Numbered from the stretch's first letter, positions 39,964 to 49,670 are shown. The stretch: DNA of 61,957 bases from an uncultured Desulfobacterales bacterium (GCA_964407825.1 CAYOXD010000003.1:8308-70264); one strand, 5' to 3'. Numbers and translations are program-made. The notes: generated from the sequence alone by a model not told the origin.

Positions 39964-40230
39964 GCATTTCCCCCGATTCATGCCAACTTCCCGTCAATCC
40001 GAAGTTCCGCCCCGTCGAGGCAGGCCACATGCATTACCATAATTGCCGAACAAGGTAAAGGAATACAGCCGTACCACAGCACTTCGCTGTGAACGGCCTT
40101 TGATTCCTGCCACGGCGCAGCTCACCGGAGTTTTTACCGAGAATTGCTGAGCCGGCCAGGTTGCACTTTCGAGCCGTATTTGCCATACATGACGGTGGGT
40201 GGTAACCGCCCCGACAGCTAAGGAGGTAAG

Positions 40231-41139
40231 ATGCAGCCGAGATTCACCCCCATATCCGATCCATCGAGTCTGGACAGGCAGGGCCCCTACCGTGAGGTCC
40301 TGGCGGCCTGCAGCCAGATCCCATCCGATTACAGCTTCATCAACCTCTGGGGATGGGCGTTGAACTATGGCCTTGAATGGGCATGGGAGCATGGGCTGGT
40401 ATGGATCCGCCAGACGCTCCCCGAGACGGTGTACTGGGCTCCTGTGGGGCCATGGCAAAGCGTTGACTGGGGGGTAGCCATCGCCAGTCTGTCTTCCGAG
40501 CCCATCCGGTTCATCCGCGTTCCGGACCATCTCCTGGGCCTTTGGAAGAGACTCCCCGGGCTTCGATGCCGCTACATGGAAACACGTGGGCACTGGGACT
40601 ACGTCTATTCGGTTCCGGAACTGGTAGCCTTAAAGGGAAACCGGTTTCACAAGAAAAAAAATCTGCTCAGCCAGTTCCTGAAGCGGTATGATTACCAGTA
40701 CCAACCCTTTGAACCGGACCTGGTGAAGCAGGTCTTGGCCATGCAGGCCGACTGGTGCCTCTGGCGGGATTGCGAATCCTCGGAAACCCTGACGGCGGAA
40801 AACATCGCCGTCGAAAGGGTGCTCACCCGCTGGGACGCCCTCCATGGCATTCTCGGCGGCATCATCAGGGTGGACGATCAGCTCGTGGCCTATACCGTTG
40901 CCGATGCCCTCACTGACGGCACCCTCGTTATCCATTTCGAGAAGGGATGCACCCGCATCACTGGCATCTACCAGGCCATCAACCAGATGTTCCTTGAGAG
41001 CCTGGGAGATCGTTTCGCCAGGGTGAACCGGGAGCAGGATCTCGATGACCCGGGACTTCGAAAGGCGAAACTGTCCTATCAGCCCATTGACCTTCTTGAA
41101 AAATACGAAGTGACCCTCTATCGTTCCCCTCCGCACTGA
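40231..41139 (+). CDS. DUF2156 / MprF C-terminal-like GNAT-fold protein
   Basis: SDYSF.NLW, DYVY..EL..LKGNRFHKKKN, HFEK, YQAIN and VNREQDL...GLRKAKLSY.P. Confidence 0.85.
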   Translation: MQPRFTPISDPSSLDRQGPYREVLAACSQIPSDYSFINLWGWALNYGLEWAWEHGLVWIRQTLPETVYWAPVGPWQSVDWGVAIASLSSEPIRFIRVPDHLLGLWKRLPGLRCRYMETRGHWDYVYSVPELVALKGNRFHKKKNLLSQFLKRYDYQYQPFEPDLVKQVLAMQADWCLWRDCESSETLTAENIAVERVLTRWDALHGILGGIIRVDDQLVAYTVADALTDGTLVIHFEKGCTRITGIYQAINQMFLESLGDRFARVNREQDLDDPGLRKAKLSYQPIDLLEKYEVTLYRSPPH

Positions 41140-41307
41140 AGGTGCTATATTTTTCACCGGGAATCGTTGGCTCCCTTGACAATTGGTTGGAGATACGCTT
41201 ATAGATGGCAGGACTATGGAAAAAGAGCGATTGGCATTCCATTCGACCCTGGCGTCGCCAATCGCCATCATTTGTTTAACGCAATTTGGGCCTGGGAGAA
41301 CGCCATT

Positions 41308-41493
41308 ATGCCCCTCTATGAATTTCAATGCCCCAAAGATGGAATCATCGTCGAAAAGTTTGTCAAGATGGGCACCGAATCCATCGAATGCCCGGAATGC
41401 CATGAAAAAGCGACCCGAATCATATCCGCCTGCACCTTCGCCCTCAAGGGGGGCGGATGGTACGCCGACGGTTACGCCGCCAAGAAACGTTGA
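41308..41493 (+). CDS. FmdB-family zinc ribbon protein
   Basis: MPLYEFQC...CPEC...RIIS...F.LKGGGWY.DGY. Confidence 0.85.
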   Translation: MPLYEFQCPKDGIIVEKFVKMGTESIECPECHEKATRIISACTFALKGGGWYADGYAAKKR

Positions 41494-41500
41494 CGAGCCT

Positions 41501-41773
41501 ATGACAGATCAGTGGGAAAAAAATCTGGCTTGCGCAAGCCAGTGCGGCCGTTGCCACCAGCCTTTACCGTCCTTCGGACAGCGTATCTTGTCGGTCTTTG
41601 ACCATGAACCCATCTGCCTCGACTGCAAGCGCAAGGAGGAGACGCGAGCGGATTACCAGGAGGCCTCGAGGGAGATGATCGGTCGGTGCATGGCGGATAC
41701 CGAGGCGCAATACTCAGACCCGGGCGGATACTGCTATTTTCATTTCTATCCTTTTTCCTGCAATAACGAGTGA
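41501..41773 (+). CDS. Small Cys-rich hypothetical protein
   Basis: 90 aa with CASQCGRC, RILS...ICLDC and YCYFHFYPFSC. Starts 7 nt after the FmdB gene. Confidence 0.6.
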   Translation: MTDQWEKNLACASQCGRCHQPLPSFGQRILSVFDHEPICLDCKRKEETRADYQEASREMIGRCMADTEAQYSDPGGYCYFHFYPFSCNNE

Positions 41774-41780
41774 TCCATGA

Positions 41781-42356
41781 TCATTCCTCGGTGAGGATCC
41801 GGCCCTCACCGGGATAAATCGTGTAATCTTGAGCCGTGGCCGTGCCAGAGGCGCGGGGCCAGTGGCCCGGCTGGGGGTCCGCACCCTCCTGCGTCACGGC
41901 CGAGGGATTCCGGTCCTTCATCCGGGGGATTTCCCGCACATCGACGTCGGGCACGTTATAGCTGAATTCAATGGGGATATGGTTCGGATCAAAGGCGTAG
42001 ATGGAATAGATAAAGCCATGATCAATGATTTCCGAGACCCAGTGACCGGCTGCGTCCAAGCTGTTTCTTAGCTCCACCAGATCGTCAATCGATTCGACCC
42101 CGATGGACACATGATCGAAGGCCACCGGGCCCTTGACCGGCATGCCGTGGTCCTTGTCCGGTATTTTCTCCACATCGGGCCATTCGAAAAAGGCGATCAT
42201 GTCTGTTTTTGAAATTTCGAAAAAATAGTGGCGGTACCCTTTCCGACCGAGACCCACCACGAGCCGCATGCCCAGCAAATCACGCCAGAACCGGATGGTC
42301 ATGTCCATATCACCGGTTACCATAGCCAAATGGTTGACGCCGTTGTAGGATGGCAT
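41781..42356 (-). CDS. VOC/glyoxalase family protein
   Basis: GVNHLAM, HYFF, FDHVSI and SIYAFDPNHIPIE. Confidence 0.85.
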   Translation of the reverse strand: MPSYNGVNHLAMVTGDMDMTIRFWRDLLGMRLVVGLGRKGYRHYFFEISKTDMIAFFEWPDVEKIPDKDHGMPVKGPVAFDHVSIGVESIDDLVELRNSLDAAGHWVSEIIDHGFIYSIYAFDPNHIPIEFSYNVPDVDVREIPRMKDRNPSAVTQEGADPQPGHWPRASGTATAQDYTIYPGEGRILTEE

Positions 42357-42526
42357 CCCCGCTGTCCTCCAAATCCATTGCGCTTCGTCCCCACCGCCCG
42401 GGTGTTAGAGGCGGTGGGGAATACATCTTTGTCCAGAATATAATAAATGAAGCGTTTTTTCATTAAATAACTATATATTAAAACTATAAATCTAAACTTT
42501 TAGGTGAAGGTTTGTGACGCGCTGGC

Positions 42527-43105
42527 CTATGGGGTGGTGTAGTAGGCCATGCCCTGACAGGCACTGCACAGATCGCCGCATTTCAGGTAATAGGATTCGC
42601 CGCAGTTTCTGCAGATGCCGGTCTTTTTTGAGGTGGCGGCCATTTCTGGCGGACGGATGCGCACCTCCCGAATGCCGATCAACTCGGGGCGGGCCTTGAA
42701 AAAGACCTCCGCCAGGTCGGCGAAGTCCGGGGGGCCGGAGGAGCGTCCGGCCGGATTGAACCATGCATTGATCAGGGGCCATTTGGCCACGGTTTCCGGG
42801 ATGACCCAGGTGCGCAGCCCCTCCATGGAGGCACGATTGTAAGCACTCAGGGCAAATTTCCCCCAGTCATACACCTTGAGCCGCCCATTGCCGATGGTGC
42901 AGGAAGTCAGCACCTGGGCGGCATCTGGCAGGCAGTTGTAGGTTTCCACCACGATGGCCAGATCCGGTGATTCGCCGACCGTTGCCAGAGCCGTGTCCAG
43001 CATCAGCGCCCCCACGGCGATTCCCGGGGCCCGCGCCCCGTGAAACGCCTCCATCTCAAGTACGAACTGATTAAAATCCATGCCGCAAACGTTTTCATCG
43101 ATCAT
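42527..43105 (-). CDS. FmdE-family protein with C-terminal zinc finger
   Basis: FHG..APG, CLPDA.QVL..CTIGNG and C-terminal CRNC...CSAC. Confidence 0.8.
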   Translation of the reverse strand: MIDENVCGMDFNQFVLEMEAFHGARAPGIAVGALMLDTALATVGESPDLAIVVETYNCLPDAAQVLTSCTIGNGRLKVYDWGKFALSAYNRASMEGLRTWVIPETVAKWPLINAWFNPAGRSSGPPDFADLAEVFFKARPELIGIREVRIRPPEMAATSKKTGICRNCGESYYLKCGDLCSACQGMAYYTTP

Positions 43106-43136
43106 GATCGCCTCCTGTCCAGTTGCCCCCACCATA

Positions 43137-44111
43137 TCACATCTTATCAGGCAGATGCCAATCCCCATCGTGCTTCCCCAGGAATTCGATGATGGGTTCC
43201 AGGCATAGCCTGCGAGCGCCTGGCTCGGTAAACGGGAGATGGTTGCTTCCCTCCAGAAGGACCCATTGCTTATCAACATTCGGCGAAGTTCTCGCGTAGG
43301 CGGTGAAGGCCCTTTTCACCGACGTCCAGGGAACGGCGCTGTCCAGGCTGCAGGCCATCATCAGAAGGGGCGTGGTAAGCCGTCCAAGGGCGGGCGTGAG
43401 ATCCGACTGATACAGTGCGGGCCAGAGGGCCGCAGCGATTTTCGCTTGGACCCCCAAGCTTCGCTCGGCCGCCAATGGATAGCCCGTGTAGGCCGTCAGG
43501 GACTCCGGGGCAAGGTATTGGTAGGGATCGCCGAAGGTTTCCGCCCCCAGACCCTGCAGACGGATGAAATCATCGATATCACGATAGGGAGGCAGCCCGA
43601 TGGACGCCAGCTCCATACGAGAGGACGCGTGGCCATCGCTGGAGACCTTCCGCGATACCATTTCATACAGATCCCGCTGAACGTCAGGAAAACTGACCAC
43701 CGGGCAGATGGTCGCCAGCGCTGCGACCGTGGCCTCGTATCGCATCAGGTAGGCCAGACCCGTGAAGCCCCCCCAGGAGTGTCCCAACAGATATACCCGC
43801 CGTTTTCGGAACCTTCGACGCAGAAATGCCGCTACGTCCCGAATATCCTGAACGTGGTGTGCCAGACTCTGGGGAGGCGTCTCTCCGACGCCTTCGGACA
43901 GCAGCACTCCCCGTTGATGCAGGTAGGCCACCGGGAAAAGCTTCTCCAGGGAGGGGCCGGCTAAGGTTTCAAAGGCGGCCAGGTTCAGGGCGCCCCCGGG
44001 CCCGCCGTGAAGGTAGAGGATCGGCGGTCGGCCTCTGTCCTTCCCCCTGATGCGGAGATGGAGCCGGATGCCGTCTTTCGCCGTCAGCACATGGGTTTCA
44101 AAACCGCTCAT
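43137..44111 (-). CDS. Alpha/beta hydrolase (proline iminopeptidase-like)
   Basis: LHGGPG, nucleophile GHSWGG and His in GSNHLP. Confidence 0.85.
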   Translation of the reverse strand: MSGFETHVLTAKDGIRLHLRIRGKDRGRPPILYLHGGPGGALNLAAFETLAGPSLEKLFPVAYLHQRGVLLSEGVGETPPQSLAHHVQDIRDVAAFLRRRFRKRRVYLLGHSWGGFTGLAYLMRYEATVAALATICPVVSFPDVQRDLYEMVSRKVSSDGHASSRMELASIGLPPYRDIDDFIRLQGLGAETFGDPYQYLAPESLTAYTGYPLAAERSLGVQAKIAAALWPALYQSDLTPALGRLTTPLLMMACSLDSAVPWTSVKRAFTAYARTSPNVDKQWVLLEGSNHLPFTEPGARRLCLEPIIEFLGKHDGDWHLPDKM

Positions 44112-44218
44112 GGGATGGGAATCGTCCCGCGCCAGTCCGATCGTCCGATACCGCAGCCCGCTGAAATTCCCTTGAGGTCAATAGGCACAGGTCATCAGCA
44201 GGATCCGGGATCGGACCA

Positions 44219-44821
44219 TCACCCTGGAAATTTGGTCCCCTTGGCCATGTAACGGCCCGGGATGTCTGTAATACAGATACGATGGAAGCCCGACTGCTGC
44301 AACAGCGCCAGCATTCGGGCCTCGTCCGGCAAAACGTCGTTCGCCACCGCGTCTTGGGCGGCATGATGTCTCGCCAGCTCATGACGACTGAGAAGGTGGG
44401 CGATCAGGAGACTTCCCCCGGGGCTCAGCACGCGTGCCATTTCTCCGAGGGCCGTCAGCGGGTGTTCAAAATGGGGAAATGCCGCAAAACAGATGACAGC
44501 GTCGAATACACCGGTCCCGAAGGGGATGTGATGCACATCGGCCTGAAGCACCAGGCCGCCGGGAGCGAGGGGCTTTTTTGCGGCTTGGCGAATCATCTGA
44601 AACGACAGATCAAAGGCACAAATTCGGCCTCTGTCGCCAACTATCGCTTTGAGGTAGGGCAAAAGAATCCCCGGCCCGGTGCCGATATCCAGGACGGCCG
44701 CGCCGGCGCTGAGACCGAATTCGGTAACCAACTGCTCCAAGCGGTACCGAATCGGCTGCGGATAACATTCTTTTTCCCAGTTTGAAGCCTTTTGGTCAAA
44801 AAAAGTGCCATGAGACGCCAT
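44219..44821 (-). CDS. Class I SAM-dependent methyltransferase
   Basis: LDIGTGPG, FDLS..M, ADV and ARVLSPGG. GGAGG RBS before ATG 44821. Confidence 0.88.
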   Translation of the reverse strand: MASHGTFFDQKASNWEKECYPQPIRYRLEQLVTEFGLSAGAAVLDIGTGPGILLPYLKAIVGDRGRICAFDLSFQMIRQAAKKPLAPGGLVLQADVHHIPFGTGVFDAVICFAAFPHFEHPLTALGEMARVLSPGGSLLIAHLLSRHELARHHAAQDAVANDVLPDEARMLALLQQSGFHRICITDIPGRYMAKGTKFPG

Positions 44822-45125
44822 GTTCCGACCTCCATATAGCTTGTCGGCCATGTCAGACCAGGGCTTGAGCCCTCCGATGGGTTGATCTCGCGCCGCCCCT
44901 TAAAGTACCCTGAAGCCTGACCTCCCCGCGAAAGCGGACTTGCTTGTTTTTCCAAAACCGTTTATATTTTTTTTTATCGTATTCTTCAAGCTCGGCGGCT
45001 CTTTTTAATCCGTCCTCCGGCATCCACGATCACATCCCCCCCCTGACCCGGGTGGGCGGTGCTGGAGGAATTCATTTGTTTGAGACCATCCAGAGCATGA
45101 ATCTATCATGATGGAGGACAGTACG

Positions 45126-45857
45126 ATGAGTAAGAAGGTCACCATACAACCTGAGGATGCGCTACTGATTGTTGATGTCCAGAACGATTTTTGCCCCGGT
45201 GGCGCCCTTCCTCTCGACGAGGGGGATGAGGTCGTTCCGGTCATAAACCAGTGGATTAAAAGGGCGCGGAAATGTGGCATTTCGGTTGTGGCATCCAGGG
45301 ATTGGCATCCCGGTGAACACATCAGTTTCAAGGACCAGGGGGGCCTCTGGCCGGCCCATTGCGTTCAGGACACCGAAGGCGCCAGATTCCACTCGAAACT
45401 GCAACTTCCCGAAGATGCGATCATCGTGACCAAGGGGGTCCGGTTCGATCAGGACCAGTACTCGGCTTTCGACCAGACCGGCCTCGGTGGCTTCCTGAAG
45501 AAAATGGGAATCAAGCGTCTGCTGGTAACCGGCCTGGCCCTGGATATCTGTGTCCGGGCTTCCGTCCTGGATGCACGTCGCGCCGATTTTGAAGTCGTGC
45601 TGATTACGGACGCCACCCGCGCGGAGGATGCGGGAAAAATCCCCGAAACCATCGAGGAGATGCAGCTTGCAGGCGCGGAGGTTATCAATGTGGAAAAACT
45701 GCTATATGATGATACCCACCGGGGAGCCGCCGAATCGGCGGAATCGGCGGAAAACGATGCGGCAGTGTGCCTGAAAGCGCCTGAATTTGCCGAACACTAC
45801 CGGTTGTTGGATCATGATCATCCCTGCGCCGACGGCCGAAACGGCGATCCCTATTAA
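45126..45857 (+). CDS. pncA: Nicotinamidase/pyrazinamidase with C-terminal extension
   Basis: IVDVQNDFCPGGAL, SRDWHP, WPAHCVQ.T.GA, TKG, YSAF and GLALDICV. Confidence 0.88.
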   Translation: MSKKVTIQPEDALLIVDVQNDFCPGGALPLDEGDEVVPVINQWIKRARKCGISVVASRDWHPGEHISFKDQGGLWPAHCVQDTEGARFHSKLQLPEDAIIVTKGVRFDQDQYSAFDQTGLGGFLKKMGIKRLLVTGLALDICVRASVLDARRADFEVVLITDATRAEDAGKIPETIEEMQLAGAEVINVEKLLYDDTHRGAAESAESAENDAAVCLKAPEFAEHYRLLDHDHPCADGRNGDPY

Positions 45858-45943
45858 CCTCGCCCCATGCCTGTCCAGTTCCCAATGGGGGGCTGCTGCA
45901 AGAAATCATTCGAGCGACACCGACTACGAAAGGAGGAGCACAG

Positions 45944-46399
45944 ATGAAAGTACGATCTGTAATGCTGTCGAGTCTGTTCCTGCTGTGCATCGGCGCCTGT
46001 TCCACCGCTTTTGCCCATTGCCAGATGCCATGCGGGATTTATAACGACCAACTGCGGGTGAAGATGATCGAGGAGGATGCCACCACCATCGAAAAGGCCA
46101 TGAAGAACATCACGAATCTGAGCCATCAGAGCCCCGTCAATTATAACCAACTGGTCCGCTGGGTCACCACCAAGGAGGCGCATGCCGCCAAGATTCAAGA
46201 GGTGGTGAGCCAATACTTCATGGCCCAGCGCATTGCGCTCAATGCCGACCACTATAACGAGAAGCTGGCAAAATTGCACCAGATCCTGGTGTACGCCATG
46301 AAATGCAAGCAAACTACCGACCTTGCAAATGTCTATAAACTCAGAGAGGCCCTCCACGACTTCTCAACGCTTTATTTCGCGCACCCCTCCTCCCATTGA
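45944..46399 (+). CDS. sodN: Nickel superoxide dismutase precursor
   Basis: Nickel hook HCQMPCGIY after a 24-aa hydrophobic leader ending AFA; NQLVRWV..KE.HA..IQ. Confidence 0.88.
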   Translation: MKVRSVMLSSLFLLCIGACSTAFAHCQMPCGIYNDQLRVKMIEEDATTIEKAMKNITNLSHQSPVNYNQLVRWVTTKEAHAAKIQEVVSQYFMAQRIALNADHYNEKLAKLHQILVYAMKCKQTTDLANVYKLREALHDFSTLYFAHPSSH

Positions 46400-46934
46400 T
46401 TCTTCTGTGGAACGGCCCCCGGAACCGCCGCCCCGCCGGCGTACACCGGGGGCCTCCCGGGCCGGCTGCCCCGGTCATCAATCGTCCGCCATTGCGGTGC
46501 CGACCTCTGGGAGAGCGTGCATCCATTCTCTGAAAACCCGAAAATCGGCTGAGAAAGCGCCGTAGGGCGATCCGTTCGAAGCGGTCGGGATCCCATGGAC
46601 GCTCCGTCAACCGGGACGCACCAGCACTCCGGAATTGATAGACATGAGCCCCGACACGGTCCTGGGGCCCGGGGACTTCCACCGTGCAGGGGACCCGGAT
46701 GTATTCATCCCCCTCGAACCTGTCCAGCCGTTCCACGTCGGATGGGCGGACCCTGCGCCAGAGGATGCCCTCTATGGCGCCCCGCCCCGGAATCGCCGCC
46801 GGATAATCCCGATCCCGGATCGAAAGGCGGCGCCAGCCTTTCAGCCTGGCGGGAACCCGCCTATATCGGCCTGAGACCACCTGCCGCCAGACCGCGCCAA
46901 ACATGAGGCTGCCATAGGTGAAAATATCCACCAT
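46341..46934 (-). CDS. Gamma-glutamylcyclotransferase (AIG2-like) family protein
   Basis: IFTYGSLMF, YPAA and LDRFEGDEY.R. Low-complexity C-terminal tail. Confidence 0.8.
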   Translation of the reverse strand: MVDIFTYGSLMFGAVWRQVVSGRYRRVPARLKGWRRLSIRDRDYPAAIPGRGAIEGILWRRVRPSDVERLDRFEGDEYIRVPCTVEVPGPQDRVGAHVYQFRSAGASRLTERPWDPDRFERIALRRFLSRFSGFQRMDARSPRGRHRNGGRLMTGAAGPGGPRCTPAGRRFRGPFHRRINGRRGARNKALRSRGGPL

Positions 46935-46999
46935 CCCCCCCCTCTCGTCGGCCACGGCGGCACCCGGTACGCACTGGTATTAGCAAAGTTAAAATTCAG

Positions 47000-47965
47000 T
47001 CAAGACGCTGACTTAGCCCCCCCATTACCGGCCACGCAACGACGGGCCTCCACCGTAATGTGAACGATCCCGAGCCTCCCGGGCAGCAACGCGTAATAGG
47101 CTTCCGTTTCCAGGGGCTCCGAGGACACCAGGGAAATTTCCGCCGCATAGATCCCCTCGCCCACGGCCCATACATGCAAATCGGATATCCGATTGTCTCC
47201 CTCAGACTCTATGGCTCCCATAATTTTCTCCCGAAGCGTCTCCGGAGCCTGCATGTCCAGCAATACATGGGACGAGGCGCACAGCAGTTTCCAGGACCAT
47301 CGGATCACCAGGACCGCCCCTACCATGCCCATGGCGGGATCCAGCCAGATCAGCCCGAAAAATTTCCCCCCCAGAAGGGCGAAAATGGCCAGTAGGGAGG
47401 TAAGAGCGTCGGCCAGGACATGCAGGTAGGCGGACCAGAGGTTGTGATCGGTGTGCCCCGGGCCATGATCATGGGAATGGCCATGATCATGTCCGCCAAG
47501 GCCTGATTCATTCCCCCCCAGGATATACAAACAAAATCCGTTCACCACCAGTCCCAGAACCGCCACCAGGATCGCATGGTTGAATCCGATGGCCACCGGT
47601 TCGAAGAAACGCTGGAGGCTCTTGGTGGCCATTACAAAGGCGAACAGCACCAGCATGACCGCGCTGGCAAAGGCCGCCAGGGAGTTAACCTTGCCCGTTC
47701 CGAAATTGAAGCGGGGGCTTTTAGCGTGACGCCGGGTGTAGTAATAAGCAAAGGCCGAAACGGTCAGGGCGGCAGCATGGCTGGCCATGTGGAGGCCGTC
47801 GGCAAGAAGTGCCATGGAGCCGAAGGCCATCCCCGCCGCTATTTCGACCAGCATGGTGAGTGCGGTGACGGCGATGACCACCAGGGTGCGCCGCTCCCCG
47901 GATTTTTTAGCGTCCTGGCCGAAGGTATGCTCATGCATCCATTGCTCTATGGATTCGGTGTGCAT
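47000..47965 (-). CDS. dmeF: CDF family Co/Ni/Zn efflux transporter (DmeF-like)
   Basis: SMALLADGLHM, FGTGKV, His-rich loop GHDHGHSHDHG and SAYLHVLADA. Confidence 0.87.
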   Translation of the reverse strand: MHTESIEQWMHEHTFGQDAKKSGERRTLVVIAVTALTMLVEIAAGMAFGSMALLADGLHMASHAAALTVSAFAYYYTRRHAKSPRFNFGTGKVNSLAAFASAVMLVLFAFVMATKSLQRFFEPVAIGFNHAILVAVLGLVVNGFCLYILGGNESGLGGHDHGHSHDHGPGHTDHNLWSAYLHVLADALTSLLAIFALLGGKFFGLIWLDPAMGMVGAVLVIRWSWKLLCASSHVLLDMQAPETLREKIMGAIESEGDNRISDLHVWAVGEGIYAAEISLVSSEPLETEAYYALLPGRLGIVHITVEARRCVAGNGGAKSAS

Positions 47966-48212
47966 GCGGGATTCCCTCCTCTTTGGCCTGAGCGCCAAGC
48001 GGTCCAGTGACCGAAATGAGGGTCAAGGCCATTTGCGAATCGCGATAAGCCCTCTTGAAGTCAGAAGACTTACTCTTCTTTATGGCTTAACGCACTGCCG
48101 ACGTCAAGCACTCGAAGCGCGCCGAAATCTGTGCTTGAACTCATCAGGCCTTGTTGTTAAAGACGACAGTGGTTTCTCGCTAACGAGATGAGAGTTCGAG
48201 GTCGAAAGGATA

Positions 48213-49670
48213 ATGACAGATACAGCACATGTGAATTTAATGATCGACGGCCGGTGGACCCGCGCGGTCACGGGACAATCCATCGATATTGTAAACCCCG
48301 CCACCGAAGAGGTGGTGGCCACAGCCTGCCAGGCGGGTCGGGAGGATACGGCCTCCGCTATCACCGCCGCTGGCAAAGGCCTGGATACATGGTCCCGTGT
48401 TGCTCCCTGGGACCGTTCGCGGCTACTGCGAAAGGCCGCCAGCCTGCTGGAAGACAGGTCTCAAGCCATAGCCGAACGGATTGTTCGCCACTGCGGCAAG
48501 CCCATGGCCCAGGCCCTGGCAGAGACACGGGCCGCAACCGAAGTCATGGACTGGTTTGCGGACGAGGCACGGCGGATCTTTGGATCCCTTCTCCCTGGCA
48601 GAACCGCCTCGGGCAGACTGCATACGCTCTATGAACCCGTTGGTATCGCGGCGGCCTTTTCAGCCTGGAACTTCCCCCTTATCCTGCCGGCCCGGAAAAT
48701 CGCAGCGGCCCTTGCCGCCGGATGCGCGGTGCTGTGCCGGCCAGCCGAGGAGGGATCGGCCTGTGCGGCGGAGCTGATCCAATGTCTGATGGATGCGGGG
48801 ATTCCACCAGGGACCGTCAATCTGCTGACGGGCAGGCCCGAGGAGATATCCGACACCATCATGGAAAGCCCCGAGGTCCGGAAAATCAGCTTCACCGGCT
48901 CGATTCCCGTGGGTCAAGAGCTGATGCGTCGGGCGGCCGACACGGTCAAACGACTCACACTCGAGCTAGGAGGCCATTCGCCGGTGATCATTCACCATGA
49001 TGCGGATCCAGAGGAGACCGGCGCTGGCGCGGCGGCCGCCAAATTCAGAAACAACGGCCAAGTCTGTATTTCGCCCACCCGATTTTTTGTTCATTCATCC
49101 ATCTGTGAACGCTTTACCGCCGCTTTCGCCGAAGCTACCCGAAAGCTGAAACTCGGCAACGGCATGGATCCCTCCGTGGACATCGGTCCGCTCATCAACC
49201 GTAATCGCCTGGAGGCCATCGAACAGATGGTGGCCCGAACCCTTGCCGAGGGAGCTACCCTTGTTCTGGGCGGAAGGCGGCCGGCGGCCCTTGAAAGGGG
49301 CTTTTTCTTTGAACCGACCGTATTTACCGATGTCAGCGACGAGATGACGGTCATGGAGCAGGAACCCTTCGGGCCGATCGCCCTGGTGACGCCCTTCGAG
49401 ACCTTCGAGGAGGCGATCCGGCGCGCCAATGCCGTTCATTACGGGCTTGCTGCCTATGTATTCACCAAATCGCTGGAATTGGCGCAGCAGTCCATTTCAT
49501 CCCTCAAGGTGGGAATCGTGACCGTTAATGGCTGGACGGGCAGTATGGCAGAAATGCCCTTCGGCGGAGTCAAGTACTCAGGCTACGGCCGGGAAGGCGG
49601 GGAACAGGGGATTTTTGATTACCTGGATGTGAAATTTGCCAACATCAACTGGGGGTACCCCTCTGCGTAA
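48213..49670 (+). CDS. NAD(P)-dependent aldehyde dehydrogenase (succinate-semialdehyde dehydrogenase-like)
   Basis: AWNFP, FTGS, LELGG, NNGQVC, EPFGP and PFGGVKYSGYGREG. Confidence 0.9.
   Translation: MTDTAHVNLMIDGRWTRAVTGQSIDIVNPATEEVVATACQAGREDTASAITAAGKGLDTWSRVAPWDRSRLLRKAASLLEDRSQAIAERIVRHCGKPMAQALAETRAATEVMDWFADEARRIFGSLLPGRTASGRLHTLYEPVGIAAAFSAWNFPLILPARKIAAALAAGCAVLCRPAEEGSACAAELIQCLMDAGIPPGTVNLLTGRPEEISDTIMESPEVRKISFTGSIPVGQELMRRAADTVKRLTLELGGHSPVIIHHDADPEETGAGAAAAKFRNNGQVCISPTRFFVHSSICERFTAAFAEATRKLKLGNGMDPSVDIGPLINRNRLEAIEQMVARTLAEGATLVLGGRRPAALERGFFFEPTVFTDVSDEMTVMEQEPFGPIALVTPFETFEEAIRRANAVHYGLAAYVFTKSLELAQQSISSLKVGIVTVNGWTGSMAEMPFGGVKYSGYGREGGEQGIFDYLDVKFANINWGYPSA

Noticed and set aside
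47455-47495. ggccatgatcatg repeat
   Set aside because: Encodes the ordinary His-rich loop of the CDF transporter.
47966-48212. Possible NiCo riboswitch upstream of dmeF
   Set aside because: No recognisable four-way-junction consensus on the minus strand.
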